Source: an uncultured Acidobacteriota bacterium
Lineage (GTDB): Bacteria; Acidobacteriota; Vicinamibacteria; Vicinamibacterales; UBA2999
Direction of reading: 5' to 3'
Assembly (NCBI GenBank): GCA_963784065.1
Contig: CAWAQA010000005.1
Location: forward strand, 383,530 to 447,529
Length of the DNA stretch: 64,000 nucleotides
Under the pieces are notes generated by a model. It did no database searches. It worked only from the letters and a program-made list of their open reading frames with translations, and had not been told where the DNA came from. The stretch's first letter is position 1, and each line of letters starts with the position of its first letter. Both the position numbers and the translations under genes were made by a program. This document shows positions 1 through 15,944 of the stretch, one piece after another.

Positions 1-544
<544 letters not shown>

Positions 545-1339
545 CTCAACCTCTCGAGCCGACCCGTCACAGCGGTCCGTCCGCGCCGCTGCTCGAGGTC
601 AGACATCTCGTCAAGCACTTCTCTCGCAAGCAGGGGCTTTTCCAGAAGCCGTCGATCGTCAAGGCGGTGGACGACGTCAGCTTTGCGATCGACGAGGGCG
701 AGATGTTCGGGCTCGTCGGGGAATCGGGCAGCGGCAAGAGCACCACCGGCCGCGCCATCCTCCGCCTCATCGAGCCCACCTCCGGCGAAGTCCTCTTCAA
801 AGGAGAGAACGTGCTCGGGTTTTCGCGCTCGCGCCTGCGGCTGGCGCGTCGCGACATGCAGATCATCTTTCAGGATCCCTACTCCTCCCTCAACCCCCGC
901 ATGCGCGTCGGCGACATCGTCGAGGAGCCGCTCGTCATTCACAAGCTGGGGAGCAAGGACGAACGGCGGGCGCGGGTCGGCGAGCTGTTCGAGCTGGTCG
1001 GCCTCGAGCGCGCCATGATCGTGCGATTCCCGCACGAGTTCAGCGGCGGGCAGCGGCAGCGCATCGGCATCGCGCGCGCGCTGGCGCTGAACCCGGCGCT
1101 CATCATCGCGGACGAAGCGGTGTCGGCGCTCGACGTGTCCATCCAGGCACAGGTGGTCAAGCTGCTGATGGACCTGAAGGCGAAGTTCAGGCTGACCTAC
1201 CTGTTCATCGCGCACGACCTGCGCCTGGTGGAACACATCTGCAGCCGTGTGGCGGTGATGTACCTGGGGAAGGTCGTCGAGATGGGGGACACGGCCGCGC
1301 TGTTTGCCAACCCGACGCATCCCTACACGCGCGCGCTCC

Positions 1340-2234
<895 letters not shown>

Positions 2235-2236
2235 GT

Positions 2237-2341
2237 CGGGCTTCGGGCTCCAGCTTTCGGGCTCGCTGTAAGTCTACGCTGATCGCTCGGAGCAGGTTCC
2301 ACGGTCACGCCTGCCCTCCGGAGCCCGGAGCCGAGAATCTA
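2237..2341. repeat. Inverted heptamer array, CGGGCTY / RAGCCCG family
   Basis: cgggctt cgggctc cagcttt cgggctc (2237-2264) facing gagcccg gagccga (2321-2334). Confidence 0.75.
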
Positions 2342-2362
2342 CGCCGCGCGACACCAATCCGC

Positions 2363-4340
<1,978 letters not shown>

Positions 4341-4412
4341 GGCGCGATCAGGATATCAGCTAGGCAGGCCGGCAGCGATCGAGCTAGTCGGCTGCACTGC
4401 CGGCCTACCGGC

Positions 4413-4915
4413 TTACTGCGGCGGCAGCGGCGGCGGGCCGAACGGATCGCCGCCGAGCGCGGGCGGCACGTCGCGGCTGGAAGAACGCGGCGCCGAGCAG
4501 CCCGCCGAGCGCCGAGAAGATCGCGCCGAACAACTGGAACGCGAACCCCATGACGAACCGCATCGGCGTGGAGGCACGGCCGGCCACCATCTCGAGCCAC
4601 TCGCGCGCGTCGGGCGGCATGTCCTGCGCGCCGCGGAGCATCTCGTCGACCATGCGGTCCTGGAGCGGCGCCACGACCACGTCGAGCGCCAGCGCCAGCG
4701 ACGAGCCAGACGAACGCGCCGGCAACCCCGGCCATGAGCCCGAGGACGGCGCCGCGGCCGGGACCGATCGGGCGCGCGGCGTCCTGAGCTGCGAGCCGCA
4801 CCGTCAGCAGCCCACCGCCGAGAATCCACAGGCAACAGCAGTTGCCGACGCTGACGATCGGCAGCGCGGAAAGCACGCCGATGAAGAGACCGCCGAGGAG
4901 AACGGGCTGAAGCAC
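4413..4915 (-). CDS. Small multi-pass membrane protein (DUF4199-like); frameshifted
   Basis: [29 protein letters not shown] plus further hydrophobic helices; Pro-rich C-terminus. Confidence 0.6.
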
Positions 4916-4920
4916 GGTTA

Positions 4921-5023
4921 GAAAGCGGGCAGCCGGCAGCAAGCAGCTGGCAGAACGCAACAGGCATTCGTGACTTCCGGCGTCAGCCGGAAGAACTGCC
5001 GGCCTCCAGCTGCCGGCTGCCTG
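4921..5023. repeat. Inverted heptamer array, GGCAGCN family, with internal REP palindrome
   Basis: ggcagcc ggcagca agcagct ggcagaa (4928-4955) facing aactgcc ggcctcc agctgcc ggctgcc (4994-5021); cttccggcg-tc-agccggaag at 4974-4993. Confidence 0.8.
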
Positions 5024-6342
<1,319 letters not shown>

Positions 6343-6371
6343 AATCGGCCACTATATCATGCTGAAAACGC

Positions 6372-6942
6372 ATGTTTTTCCTGCGAAAGACCAAGACGGA
6401 CACCGAGCCGCTGCCGATCAAGATGAGCGGCATCCGCATGGGTGAGCGGCTCCTGCAGATCGGCGTGGACGACCCGAAGCTGCTCGCCGCGATGGCGCTG
6501 AAGATCGGATTGAGCGGCGCCGCGTCCGTGGCGGTGAGCGACGAGGCGGCCGCCACGCGCGCCCGCGGCGGCGCGGCGGACGCGGGCGCGCTGATCGATC
6601 TCCACGTCACGCCGCTCGACGCGCTGCCGTTCGACAACGACGCGTTCGACGTCGTGGTCGTGCACGGCGTGAACGGGTTGCTGCCGTCGCTCAACGATCA
6701 GGCCCGCGCCGATCGGGCGCTGCGCGAGACCCGTCGCGTGCTCCGCCACGGAGGCCGCATCATCGTCATCGAGGCGGGACCGAAGAGCGGCCTGCGCCGG
6801 AGTGATCCGCCCGTACCGGCCCGACGTCAGGTACGAGGCAGCCGGCGGCGCGGTCGCGGCGCTGCAGGCGGCCGGCTTCAAGCCGGTGCGCATGCTGTGG
6901 GAGCGAGAGGGCTACCGGTTCACGGAAGGGCTGAAGACGTAG
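6372..6942 (+). CDS. Class I SAM-dependent methyltransferase-like protein (frameshift near 3' end)
   Basis: ALPFDNDAFDVVVV and RRVLRHGGRIIVIE post-motifs; glycine-rich motif I is degenerate (LLQIGVDD). Confidence 0.65.
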
Positions 6943-6944
6943 TT

Positions 6945-7071
6945 CGAAGCCGGCAGCCGGCAGCCGACAGTGGAGGTCGCTCGACACGTAACGCTCGAGG
7001 GGTCGCGCTTGTCACCCGTTGCGTCGTGACAACATCGCCTGCCCACTGCCCGCTGCCAGCTGCCCGCTGAA
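6945..7071. repeat. Inverted heptamer array, GGCAGCN family
   Basis: cgaagcc ggcagcc ggcagcc gacagtg facing gcctgcc cactgcc cgctgcc agctgcc cgctgaa. Confidence 0.8.
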
Positions 7072-7185
7072 AGAGACAGCCCGACCGTCCCGCAAACACA
7101 ACACCTCCCCGCACTTGGGCGGAATCAGGCCGCATTCGGCCGGCACACGGCGGGCAAGGGTTTTGCCTGAGCACTGCGCACGGCA

Positions 7186-8298
7186 ATGTCTCCAGGCTCT
7201 CACCCGGAAGTCTTCACGACGGACGAGCTGGCCCGCGCCGCTCTCGTGGAGCCGCGCGCGGTACAGGCCCTGATCACCGCCGGCACGCTGCGCTTCGTTC
7301 CGGGCACGCGCTACATTGCCGCCGCCGACGCGCTGCGCGCGGGGCGCGAGCTGCGGGCGAGCGCCACGGCCGCGGCAGCCGCGAGCGCAGCCCGGCGGAC
7401 TCTTCGACGATGCTGCCCGACCCGCCCTCGGCGAACGCCGGGCGGGCCTCCCCGCCTTCGCATCGACGTTCGTCCATGGGGCGATCCTCGCCACGCTGCT
7501 CGTGCTGACGGCGGGCGCCCCGGAGAGCGCGCCTGTTGACGCACCACGCGAGGAAGCGCGCCTCGTGTTCCTGATGTCGCCAGGGCCCGGCGGCGGTGGC
7601 GGGGGCGGTGGCCTGCGCAATCCGCTGCCGGCGCCGAAGATTCAGCGGCGCGGCCCGGAGCGGCCGCGGCTGTCCGTGCCCGCGGTGACGCCGAAGCCTG
7701 TCGTCACGACAACGCGGCGCGAGGAGCCTCCGAAGGAACTGACCCCCGTGACGCCGCCCGTCGGCGCCGCCGCCCGCTCCTGTCGAGCGCGAGCCCGAGC
7801 CGTTGCCGTCGAAGGTCATCGTCGCACCAGTCGTCACCGCCGCGGCCGCTCCGCGCGAGCGCGAGGGGACGATCGAGGCCGGCCGCGGCGAGGCAGAGAG
7901 CCAGGGCTCCGGTGCCGGCGGCGGAGCGGGAACGGGCCAGGGTACTGGCAACGGCGAAGGACTCGGCTCCGGCATCGGCGATGGCGCGGGCGGCGGGATC
8001 GGCGGCGGACCCTACCGGCCCGGCAGCGGCATCGAAGCGCCACGGCTCCTGAAAGAGGTCAAGGCCGACTACACCGACGAGGCGCGGCGGCGCGGCTTGC
8101 AGGGCGACGTCGTGCTCGAGATCGTCGTGCGACGCGACGGGTCGCGTCGGCGAGGTGACGGTGCTGCAGGGCCTCGGGGGCGGCCTCGATCAGCGCGCGG
8201 TCGCCGCCGTCCGCCAGTGGCGGTTCGACCCGGCCCGCCGCCGTGGTACCGCGGTGGACGTGATCGTCGAGGTCGCCGTCGAGTTCACATTGAGGTAA
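7186..8298 (+). CDS. TonB-family energy transducer with N-terminal extension (frameshifted)
   Basis: TM helix with SxxxH (STFVHGAIL), Pro/Gly-rich linker, C-terminal YTDEARRRGLQGDVVLEIVV...AVRQWRFDPA TonB_C domain. Confidence 0.85.
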
Positions 8299-8300
8299 CC

Positions 8301-8962
8301 ATGGATCTGCTGCTCCTGATTCTGACGCTCGTCTCGTTCGCCGCGGCGGCCGGCTTTGCGCTGGTCGCGACGAGGCTCGTGCGGGAGGATCGCCGGCGGT
8401 CGGCCGCGCGCGTCGCGGCACTGAGCGGCGCCATCGACGCGGACACTCCGCCCGACGCCGCAGCCGTGCAGGTCTCCTCGATGTTCGAGATGGAGCCGGG
8501 CGCATCGGTGCAGGGGCGCCCGCTCTTGAAGGCCGCGGTCGTCGGCGTGATGGCGGTGATCGTCGTCGTCGCGGCGGCAATGGGCAATCGCGGGCTCTTC
8601 CACGGCGCCCGCTGTCAACGCGGTTCAGACGACGGCTCCGCTCGAGTTGATGTCCATGCGCCACTCGCGCGAGGGGACCACGCTCACGGTGACGGGCCTC
8701 GTCCGCAATCCGGCCGGAGGCGCCGAGGCCCGGCGCGTCACCGCCGTCGTCTTCGCCTTCGATCGCAGCGGCGGCTTCACGGCGAGCGGACGGGCGCCGC
8801 TGGATTTCATCGTGCTCGAGCCTGGAGACGAGTCGCCGTTTCGTCGTCACGATTCCGAACGTGACGGAGGTCGCCAAATACCGCGTCAGCTTCCGCACGG
8901 AGCGTGGCATGATGCGTCACCTCGATCGCCGCGCGGAACAGACGCAGCTGGCCCAGCAGTAG
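8301..8962 (+). CDS. Membrane-anchored hypothetical protein with FxLYD-like C-terminal domain (frameshifted)
   Basis: Two hydrophobic helices, then LTVTGLVRNP...VVFAFDRSG...LEPGDESPF pattern typical of FxLYD domains. Confidence 0.55.
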
Positions 8963-8975
8963 GAAGGCTCTGACG

Positions 8976-10001
8976 ATGCGCACCCTCTTTCGACCCTTCG
9001 TTGCCGCGGCGGCGTTGGCCGCCATCGCCGTGGTGTCCATCGACGCCCAGGAGACGTTCCGGTTCCGCAGCGGCGTCGAGCTGATCAACGTCACGGCGAC
9101 GGTGACCGACGAGGAGGGCCGCTTCGTGCCGGGCCTGCGGCAGGAGGACTTCACGGTCTACGAGGACGGCGAAGAACAGCAGGTCTCGCATTTCAGCAAC
9201 GAGCGCGTGCCGGTCAGCCTCGGCATCGCGCTCGACACCAGCGGCAGCATGACGCCGGAGAAGATGTCGGCCGCCCGCGCCGCTATCGATCGGTTCATCT
9301 ACGACCTGCTCGGCCCGGACGACGAGCTGTTCTTCATGCAGTTCGCGAACCGTCCCGACATGATCCAGCAGTGGACCAGCGACCGTCAGCGAATCAGCCG
9401 CGCGGTGGGCAGCGTCGGCTCGGGGGGCGGAACGGCGATGTACGACGCGATTGCCGACGCGATTCCCGTGGCGCAGTCGGGCAAGAACCGCAAGAAGGCG
9501 CTGCTGGTGATCTCGGACGGCAACGACACCAACAGCGGCACCTCCGTCAGCGAGCTTCGACAGATGATTCGCGAGAGCGAAGTGCTCGTCTATGCGCTCG
9601 GCGTCGAAGGCACCGAGACATCGGCGCGCCGGGGTCCGACGATTCAGCTCCCGCCGATGCCAATTCCCTTTCCCATCCCGGGGCGCCGGCCACGGTCGCG
9701 AATGCCACCGCCCATCGGCGGCGGGTCGGGCGGCGGTGTGTGGTCGCGCGGCGGCGACGAACGCGTCAACGCGCAGGCGCTGCGCCAGATCACCGACGAC
9801 AGCGGCGGGCGAACCGAGATCGTACGCGGATTCCGCGACCTCGACGGCGCGACCGCGCGCATCGCCGACGAGCTGAGCAAGCAGTACTACCTTGGCTACG
9901 CGAGCGAGGGGACCAAGGACGGGCTCTGGCATGCCATCCGCGTCGAGGTCAAGGACCGTCGTTTCACCGTGCGGGCGAGGCGGGGGTACGTCGCCTCGTA
10001 G
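8976..10001 (+). CDS. VWA domain protein (VWFA-related Acidobacterial type)
   Basis: Signal peptide, FRSGVELINV, MIDAS DTSGSM, GTAMYDA, LLVISDGND, QYYLGY...VRARRGY. Confidence 0.9.
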   Translation: MRTLFRPFVAAAALAAIAVVSIDAQETFRFRSGVELINVTATVTDEEGRFVPGLRQEDFTVYEDGEEQQVSHFSNERVPVSLGIALDTSGSMTPEKMSAARAAIDRFIYDLLGPDDELFFMQFANRPDMIQQWTSDRQRISRAVGSVGSGGGTAMYDAIADAIPVAQSGKNRKKALLVISDGNDTNSGTSVSELRQMIRESEVLVYALGVEGTETSARRGPTIQLPPMPIPFPIPGRRPRSRMPPPIGGGSGGGVWSRGGDERVNAQALRQITDDSGGRTEIVRGFRDLDGATARIADELSKQYYLGYASEGTKDGLWHAIRVEVKDRRFTVRARRGYVAS

Positions 10002-10003
10002 CC

Positions 10004-10128
10004 GGCAGCGGGCAGCCGGCAGCACGCAGGGAGCGTGTGCAAGGCGACCTGCCTAAGCCGTCGTCGCTTTCCTCGTGCTCCGCCGAACAACATCCGATGC
10101 CAGCGCCAGCAGCCCGCTGCCTGCGTGC
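10004..10128. repeat. Inverted heptamer array, GGCAGCN family
   Basis: ggcagcg ggcagcc ggcagca cgcaggg directly after the VWA stop; cgctgcc tgcgtgc on the right. Confidence 0.7.
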
Positions 10129-10149
10129 GCCTTGCTATGATGCCCCTGC

Positions 10150-10881
10150 GTGCGTGTGTTCCTCATCGCTCTCGGGTTGAGCCTGCTCGGCGGCCTGGGA
10201 GGCATGGCTGTCGCCTCCGGTATCCTCCTCGTCAACGACTCGGCGCGGTCCCGCCTGATCCCGTGGCTGGTCAGCTACGCGGTTGGCGCGCTGCTCGGCG
10301 TCTCGATGCTCGCGTTGCTGCCGGAAACACTCGATACGCTGCCGGCTTCGACGGTATTCCCCACGCTGCTCGGAGGCATCATGCTCTTCTTCATCCTGGA
10401 GAAGCTGGTCCTCTGGCGCCATTGCCACACGCATGACTGCGAGGTCCACGACGGAAGCGTGCTCACGATCGTCGTCGGCGACGCGTTCCACAACTTCGTG
10501 GACGGCGCCGTCATCGCCGCGGCCGTCATCACCTCGGTCCCGCTCGGCATCAGCACCGCCATCGCCGTCGCCGCGCACGAGATCCCGCAGGAGGTCGGCG
10601 ACTTCGCCATCCTGCTCCACGCCGGTTACTCGCGCCGGAAGGCGCTGCTGCTCAACATGCTGTCGGCGGCCGCCAGCGCGCTCGGGGCCGTGGCCGCGTT
10701 CCTCGCGTTCGACTTCCTGCCGGACATGCTTCCGTATTTCCTCGTGCTCGCGGCCGCGAGCTTCCTCTATGTCGCGATGGCCGATCTCATTCCCGGGCTG
10801 CATCGCGGCCGCACCGACGCGAGCTCGATGCGCCAGATCGTCCTCATCGCCGCCGGCGTCGCCACGATGCTCGTACTGTAG
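10150..10881 (+). CDS. ZIP family metal transporter
   Basis: HNFVDG and HEIPQEVGD ZIP motifs, His-rich loop HCHTHDCEVH, multiple TMs. Confidence 0.92.
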   Translation: MRVFLIALGLSLLGGLGGMAVASGILLVNDSARSRLIPWLVSYAVGALLGVSMLALLPETLDTLPASTVFPTLLGGIMLFFILEKLVLWRHCHTHDCEVHDGSVLTIVVGDAFHNFVDGAVIAAAVITSVPLGISTAIAVAAHEIPQEVGDFAILLHAGYSRRKALLLNMLSAAASALGAVAAFLAFDFLPDMLPYFLVLAAASFLYVAMADLIPGLHRGRTDASSMRQIVLIAAGVATMLVL

Positions 10882-11008
10882 AGGCGTCCGCATCTGCGGA
10901 CGAGTCTGCATCCCTTCCCGCGAGAATCGCGGGAAATATACCGGAAATTTCGTGTTTTCAGCTGGCAGACTATTTGATCCACCTCTTCACATGAAAGAGG
11001 AGGCTCGT

Positions 11009-11551
11009 ATGATGACTAGGATTACTGCCGCGGTTCTCGTGATGCTGGCACTGGCGGTGCCGGCCCGGGCCGCAGGCGCCGAGGACCTGCAGATCTTCCG
11101 CGACGTGCAGAAGCAGGTGCTCCGGTACTCGCAGTTCACGATCTTCGACACCGTCAACGCGCAGATCGAAGAGGGCGTGGTCACGCTCACGGGGAAAGTG
11201 ACGATGCCGTACAAGCGCACTGACATCGAGAAGCGGGTGGCGAAGCTCGACGGCGTGACCGAGGTGCAGAACAATATCGAGGTGCTTCCCGTCTCGCACT
11301 TCGACGACCAGCTGCGGGTGGGGATCTCCCGGGCGATCTATGGCAACTCCAACTTCTGGCACTATGCGTCGATGGCGAACCCGCCCATCCACATCATCGT
11401 GGAGCGCGGGCACGTGACGCTGGCGGGCGTGGTCAACAGCAACGTGGACCGGATGCTGGCGCGCTCACTGGCAAGCGGCTTCGGCTCGTTCTCGGTGACC
11501 AACGACCTGAAGACCGACGCTGAAGTCGAGGCGCAGCTCGAGAAGCTGTAA
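11009..11551 (+). CDS. Secreted dual BON-domain protein
   Basis: Signal peptide; GVVTLTGKV...GVTEVQNNIEV and GHVTLAGVV...VTNDL BON repeats; GGAGG upstream. Confidence 0.85.
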   Translation: MMTRITAAVLVMLALAVPARAAGAEDLQIFRDVQKQVLRYSQFTIFDTVNAQIEEGVVTLTGKVTMPYKRTDIEKRVAKLDGVTEVQNNIEVLPVSHFDDQLRVGISRAIYGNSNFWHYASMANPPIHIIVERGHVTLAGVVNSNVDRMLARSLASGFGSFSVTNDLKTDAEVEAQLEKL

Positions 11552-11567
11552 GTCTTCGGCGGGCACG

Positions 11568-11604
11568 CTTCAGTCTTCAACCTTCATCAGGTTGAGGACT
11601 GAAG
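11568..11604. repeat. Hairpin of CTTCARY heptamers between convergent genes
   Basis: cttcagtcttcaacct pairs with aggttgaggactgaag (15/16); overlaps GNAT stop. Confidence 0.75.
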
Positions 11605-12213
11605 ACCTGCCGAGTGGAGATGCTTGACGAGCTGAATCTCGTCGAGAATCGGGATGCCGGCAAAACCAACCGGCGCGGGCGCGGAACGCTGTGACGCGAA
11701 CGAGTCGGGGACGACGCCGGTGATGCGATATCCGCGGCGCTGGTAGAAATAGAGCGCGGGGATGTTGTCGTTGGCGAGGGTCACGACCACTCGGTTGTGC
11801 TCTCGCCGCCGCGCCAGCAGCTCCGCTTCGGCGACCAGATGGCCGCCAAGGCCGGCGCGTTGCCACATTGGTTCGGTGGCCAGCGCGAGGATGTGAAACG
11901 CTCCCTCGAACGGGCGCCACGCCAGGGCGGCGCCGATTTCGTTCTCCGCTTCTGCGACCAGCGTCTCTGCACCGTCGAGCGCCACCGTCTCGCCGAACGC
12001 GACGAGCGGCGCATGCCCGAAGTGACGCTTGAAGAGGCCCAGCGCCGCGTCGCGCTCCTCGGGCGTGGCCTCGCGGACGAGGACGGGCAGCAGATCCAGG
12101 TGCGGCCGGCAGGTGCAGACGATCTGCAGCCGCGATTCTTCGAAGTCCGCGAACTTCCCGCAACGGCCGCAGCGCAGCACGGGATGCATCGCGCCGAAGG
12201 CCAGCTTGTTCAT
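11587..12213 (-). CDS. GNAT family acetyltransferase with N-terminal Cys motif
   Basis: WQRAGLGGHL acetyl-CoA loop, NIPALYFYQRRGY; N-terminal CGRCG...CTC. Confidence 0.85.
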   Translation of the reverse strand: MNKLAFGAMHPVLRCGRCGKFADFEESRLQIVCTCRPHLDLLPVLVREATPEERDAALGLFKRHFGHAPLVAFGETVALDGAETLVAEAENEIGAALAWRPFEGAFHILALATEPMWQRAGLGGHLVAEAELLARRREHNRVVVTLANDNIPALYFYQRRGYRITGVVPDSFASQRSAPAPVGFAGIPILDEIQLVKHLHSAGLQSST

Positions 12214-12951
12214 GGGCGCGATTCCGCCAACTCAGGATCGCCGCCGCGCCGCGCCACCCACCAGATCACCGCGGCGAACGCGATGGCGGCGGCGACGAGC
12301 GTCGACGCCGAACAGCAGCAGCGTTGTGTAGAGGATCGTCTCCGGCTGCATGTGTACTTCGACGTTCACGGCCTCTCCGCGCAGCCGCGCGGCCAGCGGC
12401 TGCTTCCATTCGAGGATGTTGCCGCGCTCGACCTCGCGTGAGGGCGCGTTGTGAAAGTCGATCTTGCTCGGCAGGTGGAGGCGGAAGGCGACGAGCTCGT
12501 TGCCCGTCCATCCGACCTCGCCCACCGGTCTGGCCGCCGGTTCGCCGACCACCTGGCGATACGTGAACGTGTCTCCCTCGCGATCGAAGCGATAGGTTGA
12601 CCACGAAAATGGCGCGACGCGAGGAAGCTGGCGGACATCGTCCACGTCGATACGGACGTGCACGAAGCGGCGGCCATCGCGGCGCGACAACGTGGGCGTC
12701 GAGACGTCGACGCCGGGCCCGGCGAACAGCGCCCGAACCGCCGCGCGATCGACGCGAGCGCGCGGATTGACGTCGAAGTCGGCGCCCCGAAGCGCCACGA
12801 GCGCGGCGACCGACGCGTTCACGTTCAGCTGAGCCGAACCGTCGAGGGAGAGGTACAACTCTTCCTCGTACTCGTAGTGCTCCTTCAGAATCCCGGTGCC
12901 GCACGCCGACGCGAGCAGGGCCAGAAGAAGTGCCGCCGTGGGAAACGCCAT
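12210..12951 (-). CDS. Hypothetical lipoprotein with C-terminal TM anchor (frameshift near 12300)
   Basis: Lipobox LLASAC; corrected frame gives TLVAAAIAFAAVIWWV and a TGA overlapping the GNAT ATG. Confidence 0.65.
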
Positions 12952-12985
12952 AAAGCTCAATGATATCCTTACAGACTCCCCTTCA

Positions 12986-15706
12986 ATGACCCGCCCGACT
13001 CTCTATCTGATCGACGGCAGTTCGCAGATGTACCGCGCGTACCACGCGTTCCGCGGGAAAGGCCTGTCGAACCAGGAAGGGCAGACGACGCACGCGGTCT
13101 ACGTGTTCGTCACGATGCTCCGCAAGCTGATCAGCGATCATCACCCCGAGTACATCGCGGCGTCCTTCGACCTCGCCGGCCCGACGTTCCGCGATTCGAT
13201 CGTCACCGATTACAAGGCGAACCGCGCCGCCATGCCCGATGACCTGGCCGAGCAGATCAACTGGGTGCACCAGGCCTGCGAGGCGCTCGGCGTGCCGATC
13301 GTGACTGCGCCTGGCTATGAGGCGGACGACGTGATTGGGACCATGGCGGCGCGCGCGGCGGCCGACGGGTTCGAGGTCGCGATCGTATCCATCGACAAGG
13401 ATTTTTTCCAGCTCGTGCATGATGGCGTCCGCGTGTACGACCCGCGGGAAGACGGTGTGTGGTTCGACGCGCAGGGGGTCGTCGACAAGTTCGGCGTGAA
13501 GCCGTCGCAGGTCGCGGACGTGCTCGCGCTCGGTGGGCGACACCAGCGACAACGTGGCCGGCGTCCCCGGTGTCGGAAAGAAGGGGGCCATTGACCTGAT
13601 CACCGCCCACGGCAGCCTCGACGCGCTCCTCGATAATGCCGCGGAGCTCGCCCAGAAGAAGTACCGCGAGACGCTCGTCGCGCATCGCGCCAACGCGCTC
13701 CAGAGCCGTGAGCTGGTCACCATCCGGACCGACGTGCCGCTCGAGGTCGACTTCCAGTCGCTGCGCTACCGCGGCGCATCACGCCAGCGCTGCTACGAGC
13801 TCTTCGCCCGCCTGGCGTTCCGCACCCTGGTCAACGAATACGCGCCCGACGCCGAGACGGTCGAGAAGGACTACCAGCTCGTGACCTCGCTCGACGCGCT
13901 CGATGCGCTCGATCGCCGGCCTCCGCTCGGCCGGGCGAGTTCGCGTTCCGCGTCATTCCCGACCAACCGCTCGCCATGCGCGCCGGGATCGTCGGGATTG
14001 CCTTCTCTACTCGCGACCGCGAGGCCCGCTACGTGCCGCTGAACCATCAGGGCGCGGGCATGAGCGGCGACCTGCTGGCGGACGCCGACATGCCCTTGCA
14101 GGCGGACGCGCGCGCGGCGCTCGATCGTCTCAAACCGTTGTTCGAGGATGCGGCCGTCCGCAAGATCGGCCACGACCTGAAGTTCGACGCCATCGTGCTC
14201 GAGAGGCACGGCATCGCGCTCAGCGGACATGCATTCGACTCGATGCTGGCGAGTTACCTGCTCGACGCGACCCGGCCCGGTCATCCGCTCGAGGAAACCT
14301 CTCTGGAGCATCTCGGCTACAAGGCGCTGGCCGAGGAGGACTTGTGTGGCCGCGGCGCAAAGGCGATTCCTCTCGCGCGCGTCGCACCGGAGACGGCGCT
14401 GAACTTTGCCGGAGAGCGCGCGGACCTCGCGCGGCAGCTCTCGAACAGGCTGGCGCCGCTGCTCGTGACCGACCAGCTCGATACGGTGTACCGCGAGCTG
14501 GAGATGCCGCTGATTCCCGTGCTCGCGGCGATCGAACAGGCCGGAATCCGCATCGACGGTCCGGCGCTCGCCTCGCAGTCGCAGCACATCGAGCAGGAGC
14601 TCGCGCGGATCTCGGCGCGCATCTACGAACTGGCCGGCGAGGTCTTCAACGTCAACTCGCCAAAGCAGCTTGGCGAAATCCTGTTCGACAAGCTGCAGCT
14701 GCCGGCGCTGAAACGCACCGGCAAGACGCGCTCGGCGTCCACGGCGGTGGACGTGCTCGAGGAGCTCGCGCTCACCAACGAGCTCCCGCGGCTGATTCTC
14801 GACTGGCGCGGCCTGCACAAGCTGAAGAGCACCTACATCGACGCCCTCCCGCAGGTGGTGCATCCCGCGACGGGGCGGGTGCATACCTGCTTCAACCAGG
14901 CCGTGGCTGCCACCGGGCGCTTGAGCAGCTCCGATCCGAACCTGCAGAACATTCCAATCCGGACCGAGCTTGGCCGTCAGATCCGGCGGGCGTTCATCGC
15001 CGATCCCGGCCACGTGCTGATTTCGGCCGACTACTCGCAGATCGAGCTGCGCGTCCTCGCGCACCTCGCCGGAGAGGAGACGCTCACCGAGGCGTTCCGC
15101 GTCGGCGAGGACATTCACGACCGCACGGCGCTGAAGGTGTTCGGACCGGAGAGCGGCCTCGATCCGCACGAGCTGCGCCGGCGCGCCAAAATCATCAACT
15201 ACGCGCTGCTCTACGGGAAGACCGCGTTCACGCTGGCCAAGGACATCGGCGTGCCGAAAGAGGCCGCGCAAGAGTTCATCGACGCCTACTTCGCCGGCTT
15301 CCCCCGGGTGCGCGGTTTCATCGACGGCACGCTGCAGCGCGCACGCGACACGGGCGTCGTCAAGACCATGTTCGGCCGGCGGCGGCTGGTGCCCGAACTG
15401 AACAGCCGCAACGGCCAGATCCGGGCGGCGGCGGAGCGCGAGACGGTGAACATGCCGATTCAGGGAACCGCCGCCGACATTCTGAAGCGCGCGATGATCG
15501 ACCTCCATGCCGAGCTGCCGCGGCGCGGGTTCCGTACGCGCATGATCCTCACCGTCCACGACGAGCTGCTGTTCGAGGCGCCGCGAGATGAGGCGGAGTC
15601 GGCCGCAGTGGTCGTGCGCGAGCAGATGGAGCGGGCGGTTGAGCTGTCGGTCCCGCTGACGGTTGACGTCGGTATCGGCGACAACTGGCGCGACGCGAAG
15701 TCGTGA
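12986..15706 (+). CDS. polA: DNA polymerase I (frameshifts near 13535 and 13920)
   Basis: LYLIDGSS, GYEADDVIG, GDTSDNVAGVPGVGKK, TGRLSSSDPNLQNIP, ADYSQIELR, QGTAADILK, VHDELLFE. Confidence 0.97.
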
Positions 15707-15871
15707 AGAGCTGCGGGCCCGGTGGCCTTCGGGCTCGCGGCCCTGCGCGCTGACAGCGATTCCTGCAGTCACGACTCCGTCTGACATTCAGTTCAACGGC
15801 TCTGTGGACGCATCTGGCGCCGCGGTCTGCCGGCTGGGAACGACGGCCGCGACATCCGTGATCCTTGAAGG

Positions 15872-15936
15872 CGGCTGAAGCCGGCCCCTGCGTACGGGAG
15901 AAGTGGAGGGCCGCGTGCGGCCGGCTTCAGCCGGCC
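15872..15936. repeat. REP doublet (REPIN-like)
   Basis: cggctgaagccggcccctgc and gtgc-ggccggct-tc-agccggcc in inverted orientation. Confidence 0.75.
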
Positions 15937-15944
15937 GTCCGTGT

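Noticed and set aside
7905-8030. GGC-rich repetitive tract
   Set aside because: It encodes the ordinary Gly-rich TonB linker.
15707-15870. Possible ncRNA or riboswitch after polA (also considered 7072-7185 and 49420-49510)
   Set aside because: Only a simple hairpin (about 15712-15738) is visible. No recognisable Rfam-type conserved motifs; an Infernal search would be needed.
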